The translations under genes and the position numbers were made by a program. A DNA stretch of 64,000 nucleotides from Candidatus Woesearchaeota archaeon (GTDB taxonomy: Archaea; Nanobdellota; Nanobdellia; Woesearchaeales; 21-14-0-10-32-9), in the NCBI GenBank assembly GCA_021735165.1, contig JAIPHP010000003.1, forward strand, positions 1,419 through 65,418, written 5' to 3'. Positions 57,127-64,000 of this stretch are shown in pieces. Every line of letters begins with the position of its first letter. Position 1 is the stretch's first letter. A model generated the notes under the pieces. That model searched no databases. It was not told the origin of the DNA and saw nothing but the letters and a program-made list of their open reading frames with translations.

Positions 57127-58443
57127 ATGTTCAAAAAAATATTAGAAAAAATAGCAAGATTCCAAGTAAAGAATCCGTATATTACTGTTCTAATAATCTT
57201 AACAATAACAATAATCTTATTTTCAGGAATGCAAAACGTAAGAACTGTTGCATCCATGGAAAAGATGATGCCTCCTCAAGTAGAAGAAATAAAAGCATTC
57301 AATACCTTGCGCGATAATTATTTAGGGCAAGACATGGTTGCTATTGTTATAAAAGTAGACAGGGAAAGTTCTGCAACAGAAGGCGTAATTGATGTTCGAG
57401 ACAAAAGAGTAACAGAATATGTTCAGTCTTTAAAAAAACTCATAGAAGAATCTCCCGATATAAGACAAGCATACGCTTCTTCTGACATAATAGAATATGC
57501 GATGCAACAGCAAGGAATTGATATGACTATAAGAGAACTTCCCGATAATTATTATGCACAAATACTTTCAAATCAACAGGTAAAAGACCAGCTTTCTAAT
57601 TTTATTAACGATGATTATTCAGTAACTATGATTCTAGCAACAACAGATATTGCTGCAGATGATTCTCGTATGAACCTTCTAGCAACTAAAGTATTGCACG
57701 ATATTGATAGTATGGGAAAACCTCCAGGAGTTGAAATAAAAGTTACAGGAACACCAATAATACAACAAAAACTAGGAGAGCTAATAGCTCAGGATAGAAG
57801 CAACACTCAATGGATATCCACAGGCCTAGTATTTCTAATTACCATGATATTGTTTGGAACATTCACATCAGCCTTAGTTCCAATAATAATAGTAACAATC
57901 AGCGTTAATTGGCTCTATGGGATAATGGGATATACGAACCTTCCAATAAGCACACTTGCTGGTGGCGTTGCAGCAATGGTTATTGGAATAGGGATAGATT
58001 ATTCCATTCATATGATGAACAAATTCAAAAATGAAAGAAAAAAAGGAAATTCAATAGAAGAATCCGCAGTCAAAGCAGTAACGGAAACAGGAACCGCTCT
58101 GACAGGAGCAGCAGTTGCAACTATCTTAGCATTTTTAGCATTTTTACTAGGAGCAATGCCTGAAATGAATCGATTTGGACTATTAATGGCGATAGGTGTT
58201 AGTAGCGCTTTTATTCTTAGTATCTTTGGATTGCCTTCATTGCTTATAATTGAAGAAAAAATAATCCACGCAATAAGAAAAAAACTACACTTTGGAATAG
58301 AAGGAGAATATCAACTTTGCGATGTTAACGAAATACATCCTGAAACACACGAAGAAATTTCTTCAGACAAAGTAAAAAATGAAGAACTAAGAACCATGCT
58401 TAAAGGAAAAAAAATAATAAAGAAAAAAAAGGAATTAAAATGA
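57127..58443 (+). CDS. RND-superfamily exporter, N-terminal half (COG1033/SecDF-like)
   Basis: One N-terminal TM, a roughly 200-aa periplasmic domain, then a 5-TM bundle. Confidence 0.55.
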   Translation: MFKKILEKIARFQVKNPYITVLIILTITIILFSGMQNVRTVASMEKMMPPQVEEIKAFNTLRDNYLGQDMVAIVIKVDRESSATEGVIDVRDKRVTEYVQSLKKLIEESPDIRQAYASSDIIEYAMQQQGIDMTIRELPDNYYAQILSNQQVKDQLSNFINDDYSVTMILATTDIAADDSRMNLLATKVLHDIDSMGKPPGVEIKVTGTPIIQQKLGELIAQDRSNTQWISTGLVFLITMILFGTFTSALVPIIIVTISVNWLYGIMGYTNLPISTLAGGVAAMVIGIGIDYSIHMMNKFKNERKKGNSIEESAVKAVTETGTALTGAAVATILAFLAFLLGAMPEMNRFGLLMAIGVSSAFILSIFGLPSLLIIEEKIIHAIRKKLHFGIEGEYQLCDVNEIHPETHEEISSDKVKNEELRTMLKGKKIIKKKKELK

Positions 58444-59555
58444 ACGAACTTGAGAAACTAGGACAAAAATTAGGAATTGCACAAAGCAAAAAACCAACAC
58501 TATTCCTATTTTTACTAATACTTATTATAATTATAACTTTGCCAGGAATACCTTTACTTTTAGGAAACGTAGAGCCAAGTTTAGAAAAAATACTTCCTCA
58601 GGATGTACAAGAAGTTCAGACTATGAACGATATGCGAGCACAATTTGGAGCAGACATGATGTATGTTCTTGTAAAAGCTCAAGGACCAACTTACGACGTT
58701 CGTGACCCAGACGTTTTAAAATATGTCGACATACTTTCTGAAAGAATAAGAGAAAACGAATATATATTGCAAGTGCGTAATTTACCTGATTTAGTAAAGC
58801 AAGTCAACAACGGAATTATACCAGAATCAAATCAAGATATACAAAAATTAATGAATTTAAATCCTAACACTCCCAGTTTCATAAATCAAGATTATTCCAT
58901 GACAATAATAGAAATAAGAAGCGATACAGGCGCAACATCCGAAACAATAGCACAAGTCGTAGAAGAATTAGAAAACGAATTTATGATTACGCAAGACCAA
59001 AACCCCGGAGTTAGTTTACAAATAACAGGATTTAATTCAATAGATAAAGCAACATTTCAAGTAATAATACAAGACTTTCAATACATAACAGGATTTTCAT
59101 TTCTCTTCATGCTAATATTCCTAGGATTTTATTTTAAATCTATCAAAAAAATAATTGCATCTGTAGTTGTGATAATGACTGCAGTGATAATAACCTTGGG
59201 AATAACAGGATATTTAGGCCTAACTATAACTGTAGTAACGATGGTAGCAGCCGCAATGATAATGGCTCTTGGAATAAGCTATGGGATAAACGTAACGGTA
59301 GAATACTATTTACTAAGAAAACAACACAATAAAGAAAAAATTCTACCAGAACTAAATAAAAACATGATAAGAGCGCTAATCGGCAGTTCTTTAACAACAA
59401 GCGCAGGATTTTTAGCATTATTATTTGGAATAATACCTGCAATGAAAACTTTAGGAATAGTTCTTGCAATAGGTATATCAATAACGCTACTCATTAGCAT
59501 ACTATTCCTTCCTGTGATATTAATACTACAAGATAAAAAATACGAGGTAAAATAA
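58440..59555 (+). CDS. RND-superfamily exporter, C-terminal half
   Basis: Same architecture as the upstream gene; 4-nt ATGA overlap. Confidence 0.55.
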   Translation: MNELEKLGQKLGIAQSKKPTLFLFLLILIIIITLPGIPLLLGNVEPSLEKILPQDVQEVQTMNDMRAQFGADMMYVLVKAQGPTYDVRDPDVLKYVDILSERIRENEYILQVRNLPDLVKQVNNGIIPESNQDIQKLMNLNPNTPSFINQDYSMTIIEIRSDTGATSETIAQVVEELENEFMITQDQNPGVSLQITGFNSIDKATFQVIIQDFQYITGFSFLFMLIFLGFYFKSIKKIIASVVVIMTAVIITLGITGYLGLTITVVTMVAAAMIMALGISYGINVTVEYYLLRKQHNKEKILPELNKNMIRALIGSSLTTSAGFLALLFGIIPAMKTLGIVLAIGISITLLISILFLPVILILQDKKYEVK

Positions 59556-59557
59556 AA

Positions 59558-60823
59558 ATGAAAAAAACAATACAAATACTAATAATTGGAATGTTGATGG
59601 TTATAATGACTCAAGTAGTGAGCGCCAATCTAATATTGGACTCTGTACAATTTGATCCTCCAATAATAACATCTGGAGACCAAGTAGATTTATACGTTCA
59701 ATACCACGATGAAATAGATGCAGATGACGATAGAACAAACAACCCAGACTACGAATTTAAAGTAGTTTTAGATTCTGCAGATACAATAACAAAAGAATAT
59801 GTTACTATATTTGATGCGGATGGAGACGATCAGGCAAACAAAATAATTGCAGGCGCTTATTATTACAAAAAATACAGACTAAAAATAAACCAAAACGCAC
59901 CAGCAGGAACATACCAATTTAAACTTTCAGGACAATGGTATTACAAAGGAAACCCAGAAAATACAGTAAGAGAAAGAACATTTCTTATGACTGTAAAAAA
60001 AGAAGGCATAATAATGAATGTAGCTCAATTGAGAACGGAACCCGCAGAAGTAAGACCAGGAGACAATTACGTTAAAATCGTATCTGTAATAGAAAACTCT
60101 GGAGAAAAATCCGCTAAAAGCATAGAAGTTAATTTAGAATTGCCTCCAGACATAACAGCATCATACACAGACAACAACAGACAGTATATTGGCATTTTAG
60201 CACCTGGAGAGAGCAAAGAAATAAACTTCTTTGTAGACATAGATAACTACGCAAAAACACAAATATACAAAGTAAACTACAACTTTCAATACATGGACTT
60301 AGACAATAACAAATATGAAAAAGAACAACAAACACCATTTTACGTAAAACCAAGACCTTACTTAGATATTACAAAAACAGAAGGAAGCGGCTTAGCAGGA
60401 ACAACCTCAAACCTAAAAATATACGTCAAAAATACAGGAACAGAATCAGCAGAAAGCGTAGATGTAAGAATAGTAAAACAAAATTCGCAACCATTCAACT
60501 TTGATGTAAGATCAGACTACATAGGAGAACTGGAACCTGGCGAAGAAGGAATTGCAATAATCCCGGTAAGCATAACAAGCGATGCAGAAATCAAAACGCA
60601 TGATTTTAAAGTAATGATAAGAAGCAAAGGAGACAGCGATGAAGGAGATGACAACATCTACACATACAACAGAAGAGCAAGTTTTGAAGTCACAGGAACA
60701 AAGCCAGACTACACAACTCCAATAGGCATAGCAATACTAGCAATAATCGTTTTGTTCCTAATAAGCAGAGCAATAGTAAAGAACAACAACAGCAAAGCAA
60801 ACAGAGCAAAGAACAAGAAGTGA
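59558..60823 (+). CDS. secreted S-layer-domain-like protein with C-terminal TM anchor
   Basis: Signal peptide, beta-rich repeats, C-terminal TM followed by a KR tail; commonly partnered with archaeal RND-type exporters. Confidence 0.5.
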   Translation: MKKTIQILIIGMLMVIMTQVVSANLILDSVQFDPPIITSGDQVDLYVQYHDEIDADDDRTNNPDYEFKVVLDSADTITKEYVTIFDADGDDQANKIIAGAYYYKKYRLKINQNAPAGTYQFKLSGQWYYKGNPENTVRERTFLMTVKKEGIIMNVAQLRTEPAEVRPGDNYVKIVSVIENSGEKSAKSIEVNLELPPDITASYTDNNRQYIGILAPGESKEINFFVDIDNYAKTQIYKVNYNFQYMDLDNNKYEKEQQTPFYVKPRPYLDITKTEGSGLAGTTSNLKIYVKNTGTESAESVDVRIVKQNSQPFNFDVRSDYIGELEPGEEGIAIIPVSITSDAEIKTHDFKVMIRSKGDSDEGDDNIYTYNRRASFEVTGTKPDYTTPIGIAILAIIVLFLISRAIVKNNNSKANRAKNKK

Positions 60824-60939
60824 AATAAAATAACAGTCGCCTTGGTGAAAATTTGAGGAAAGCATAACGCGAATGCGTTAAAGCTTTTGCTTTCCGGTTC
60901 AGTTTTGTAGTCCATAGGACACAACAATCACCGCGACGT

Positions 60940-61146
60940 ATGAGGTGTAATAAAATGATGAAGAAAAAAAACTTAATGCGTTTAATCATAGGTTTACTAG
61001 TAACGCTAAGCGCAGTACTAACATACCTATTCAGCCCATGGTGGCTCATCCTAACGCTATTTGTAGGATTAAACCTAATCCAATTCTCATTCACGAATTG
61101 GTGTTTAATGGAAGTAATTCTGGAGAAGATTGGTATAAAAGATTAA
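60940..61146 (+). CDS. small membrane protein (DUF2892/YgaP-like)
   Basis: Two TM helices with the SPWWLILTLFVGLNLIQFSFTNWC pattern. Confidence 0.4.
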   Translation: MRCNKMMKKKNLMRLIIGLLVTLSAVLTYLFSPWWLILTLFVGLNLIQFSFTNWCLMEVILEKIGIKD

Positions 61147-61458
61147 TTTTTCTTTTATTATATCGTGTGTGTCTAAAAGTAGTTTTGCAACGTGTTTTCT
61201 ACTATTTCTTAACTTATTAACTCTTAAAAAATAATAAATTAGACTTAAAAAATAGATTAGTAAAAATAATATTGTGGTGCACAAATAATATTTCTCAGAT
61301 ATTATGTTCATTATAGATATGTAAATAGATACTATGCCTATTGAAAGGGTCACTATTATTGTTATAAAAAGACTGATATCTGAATTTATGCTATCGAGAT
61401 TTATTTGATTTAGTTTGAAAGTATACTACGTAGATTTTATTTCATTTTCTTTTTTCAT

Positions 61459-61968
61459 TTAATGCCATACTCCTATTATATTTTTTCTTCTTCTGAATCT
61501 GAATGTTCCAAATGCACCTATTATTGCTAATGCTAAAAGGAATAACACTAATACCCATTCTGAAAAAGTTGTGCCTGGTGTTATTAACATCGCAAAACCG
61601 AATATGATTAGTATGTATATTGATATTATTGAAGCTATTGCAGATATTATTCTTAATATCCATATGTTTAAATCTGACATTAAGTTTAATCTGTTTATTT
61701 TTTTAAGAACTAACCAAGTAGTTTTTCCAAATAAGTATAAAGAAGCTATTACAAACAACCAAATCAATGGAATATTAAATGTACTAAGTTCTTTATTAAA
61801 ATAATAATCTATAACTAAACTGGCCACTAAAAATATTAATGAATATAAGATGTATTTATTGGTATATCTGATTTTTTTCTTTCTTTTAAACTTCTGTTTT
61901 GTTTTGTGAAAATTTTTTTCGGGTTTATTTTTATGAGGGTTTCTTCGATTATGGTTTTTTCTTCTCAT
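61459..61968 (-). CDS. membrane protein with basic N-terminus
   Basis: 169 aa, about 4 TM. Confidence 0.45.
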   Translation of the reverse strand: MRRKNHNRRNPHKNKPEKNFHKTKQKFKRKKKIRYTNKYILYSLIFLVASLVIDYYFNKELSTFNIPLIWLFVIASLYLFGKTTWLVLKKINRLNLMSDLNIWILRIISAIASIISIYILIIFGFAMLITPGTTFSEWVLVLFLLALAIIGAFGTFRFRRRKNIIGVWH

Positions 61969-62026
61969 AATTGTTAATTTGCTTATTCTCTTTATATATT
62001 TTCTTTGAAATTCTGATAATATTTAT

Positions 62027-62557
62027 ATGCTGATATTGTTAAATATGTTATTATTGGTGGTTACTTTGCAAAAAAAGATATCTGGACATTATTTCTTGAC
62101 AAGGATTTATAATCATATTTTTCAAGAGTTTATTTCTAAATATGATGATTCTAAGGTTGTCGGATATACGCATAGTACTACAAAGGAATTTGATACTAAA
62201 TCATATGGAAAATATTATTTTTTAACTCAAAAAATTATTGATTATAGAAATAATATTTTGAACATGGAGTCTATTTCTGAAGAAAACATTGTTTTGGTAT
62301 TAAAATATATTATTTCTTTATATTTTGAACATGACAGACCTTTTGATTTAGAAAAACCACTTAAAGAATTATTATCATATTCTAATCAAGAATTTAATGT
62401 AGATTTATATGATTTTTTTGAACAAGAAAATTTGATTTACGAACGAGAACTGCAAAGAAGACTGGAAGAGAAACGGCTAAGGGAAGAAAGAGAAAAACCA
62501 TTTTTTAAGAAATTAGGAAGTAAAATAAGTTCTTTATTTAAAAAAGAAAAGAGATAA
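62027..62557 (+). CDS. hypothetical protein
   Basis: 176 aa ORF. Confidence 0.4.
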   Translation: MLILLNMLLLVVTLQKKISGHYFLTRIYNHIFQEFISKYDDSKVVGYTHSTTKEFDTKSYGKYYFLTQKIIDYRNNILNMESISEENIVLVLKYIISLYFEHDRPFDLEKPLKELLSYSNQEFNVDLYDFFEQENLIYERELQRRLEEKRLREEREKPFFKKLGSKISSLFKKEKR

Positions 62558-62583
62558 TCTTTAAATAATTCATTTCATTTCCA

Positions 62584-63120
62584 TTGTTTATCATGGATGT
62601 GGATATTGATATCGAGATTATTATGGGCGATATAACTAAGCTTAACGTTGATGCTATTGTTAATGCTGCTAATAGTTCTCTTTATGGCGGTGGAGGAGTT
62701 GATGGGGCGATTCATAGAGCTGCTGGCGAGGGTCTTCTTCGGGAATGCGAACGAATAAGAAGTAAACCTGAATATGTTGACGGCCTTGATACAGGGCAGG
62801 CAGTTATTACAAAAGGTTATAATCTTCCTGCAAAACACGTTATTCATACTGTTGGTCCTATTTATGATGCTGTTCCTAATCCTGCTGAACTTCTTGCTAA
62901 TTCTTATTGGAATTCTTTAAAATTGGCTGAAGAAAATAAGCTGAAATCAATTGCGTTTCCTGCTATAAGCACGGGTGTTTTTGGTTATCCTAAGGAAGAA
63001 GCTTTAATGATAGTGGATAATGTTATTAGTGCTTTTGATTATAATTCAATTAAGAAAGTTATTTTGTGTTATTTCTCAGAGGAAGATAGGGTTTTAGCTG
63101 AAAAAGAATTCGATAAATAA
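62584..63120 (+). CDS. macro-domain protein (ADP-ribose/O-acetyl-ADP-ribose processing)
   Basis: ITKLNVDAIVNAANSSLYGGGGVDGAIHRAAG and ISTGVFGYP macro-domain motifs. Confidence 0.8.
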   Translation: MFIMDVDIDIEIIMGDITKLNVDAIVNAANSSLYGGGGVDGAIHRAAGEGLLRECERIRSKPEYVDGLDTGQAVITKGYNLPAKHVIHTVGPIYDAVPNPAELLANSYWNSLKLAEENKLKSIAFPAISTGVFGYPKEEALMIVDNVISAFDYNSIKKVILCYFSEEDRVLAEKEFDK

Positions 63121-63534
63121 TCATATTGTAAGAACGATTAGATTGGTATTCCCAAGATTTGTTTTTTTAATAACTTCTCTTTGTTCAAGGACTTTGAGGA
63201 TTCTGCTAATCTTGACTTTGTTGTATCCACTTAGAGCTACAAGTTTATTTTGCTCTATGCTTCCTTTGTTATCAAGTAAAATTCGAACAACTCTTCGCTC
63301 TTCACCTGGCAGTATTTTTAGAACTTTTCTTAACTGCAAATCGTTTAGTTTCCACTGAAATAAAACAACGAGTGCGCCTCCAAGAATTATAGAGACAAAG
63401 CTTATTCCGTAAACAATTAAAGGCAACGTGCTACTTTCTTCGGAGTAATATATTCCGTTAACTACTGAAAAAGCAACTCCTAATAAAAACACGAGTGCTA
63501 ATGCAATTATGAGTTTTTTTGGACTTATCTCCAT
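63121..63534 (-). CDS. membrane-anchored wHTH (MarR-like) regulator
   Basis: Two N-terminal TM helices plus C-terminal KLVALSGYNKVKISRILKVLEQREVIKK. Confidence 0.5.
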   Translation of the reverse strand: MEISPKKLIIALALVFLLGVAFSVVNGIYYSEESSTLPLIVYGISFVSIILGGALVVLFQWKLNDLQLRKVLKILPGEERRVVRILLDNKGSIEQNKLVALSGYNKVKISRILKVLEQREVIKKTNLGNTNLIVLTI

Positions 63535-63538
63535 AGTA

Positions 63539-63811
63539 TCATTTCTTTCTTGGTTTTGGTTCTGAGACTTCTTTCATAAGATCTTCATATTCTTTTTTAT
63601 TGATCTCGCCTAAAGCTAGTCTTCTTTTCAGAATCTGTTGAGGAGTTTCTGTTGTGGTGGGTTTTTGTTCGATTCTCTGATTTTTAAGAAGCCAGAATAC
63701 CACTAAAAAGAACAATATGAATATTACTACTTGTATGATCCATCCATAACCCATGAATCCAATTCCCGAATGCATTCCGCCATATGTTCCTGGCAAAGCC
63801 ATAATTATCAC
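63539..63811 (-). CDS. SHOCT-domain membrane protein
   Basis: TM helix plus C-terminal ILKRRLALGEINKKEYEDLMKEV SHOCT motif. Confidence 0.55.
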   Translation of the reverse strand: MIIMALPGTYGGMHSGIGFMGYGWIIQVVIFILFFLVVFWLLKNQRIEQKPTTTETPQQILKRRLALGEINKKEYEDLMKEVSEPKPRKK

Positions 63812-63902
63812 CTTTTATAGTTTTAGAATAGTTTATTCTTTTTTATTATTTGTTAATTTTTATCTTTTTTAAAATAAAATAAAAATGAAAAATTAAGTTG
63901 TT

Positions 63903-64000
63903 TATTGAAGCATTGGACATCCGCCAAAGCCAGCACCTTGACCTTTGAATCCTTGTCCTGAATGCATGCCTCTACCTTGTCCATTTCCTAAACCTTGACC
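63903..64000 (-). CDS. Gly-rich small protein, 3' end only (5' end outside the window)
   Basis: Reverse frame reads ...GQGLGNGQGRGMHSGQGFKGQGAGFGGCPMLQ* with the stop at 63903-63905. Confidence 0.3.

Overview
The window looks archaeal: AT-rich, lysine-rich proteins, archaeal-type PCNA (proliferating cell nuclear antigen), RNase J/aCPSF-type beta-CASP nucleases, a Hjc resolvase, and an intron-containing tRNA, so it is probably a DPANN-like genome. Most of it is ordinary chromosome: Nudix hydrolase, MscS channel, CPA2 antiporter, ABC transporter, pseudouridine synthase, a copper-resistance cluster (CopA, CopZ, HMA-domain Met-rich membrane protein, cupredoxin-like protein, DsbD-like protein), U32/S51 peptidases, a split RND exporter with an S-layer-domain protein, and a macro-domain protein. 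The main finding is a roughly 23.6 kb block at 17057-40641 bounded by perfect 25-bp direct repeats, one of which is the 3' end of the PCNA gene; it reads as an integrated element. It carries an MCM-like AAA+ helicase, a Csa3-like CARF-wHTH regulator, Bro-N/DinD-like and RhuM proteins, a Cas4/RecB-like nuclease, and a complete type I R-M system (hsdM-hsdS-hsdR). Three membrane-protein genes are embedded in the R-M operon between hsdS and hsdR. An ASCH-domain gene and a 754-aa Gly-rich/QueC-like (PP-loop SGGLDS plus C-terminal Cys cluster) fusion protein sit immediately downstream of hsdR, convergent with a JAB/RadC gene; this is the best candidate for a novel 7-deazaguanine-related defense module. 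On the opposite strand lies a recombination/repair operon (Hjc, small ATP-dependent ligase, RHH protein, RadC). Other notable items are a tRNA-Leu(CAA) with a 145-nt intron, a 118-bp tandem repeat at the 3' end of a ferredoxin gene, about 111-bp direct repeats flanking a convergent RHH/PIN toxin-antitoxin pair, and 47-bp direct repeats precisely flanking rhuM. No CRISPR array, rRNA or recognizable integrase/transposase was seen.
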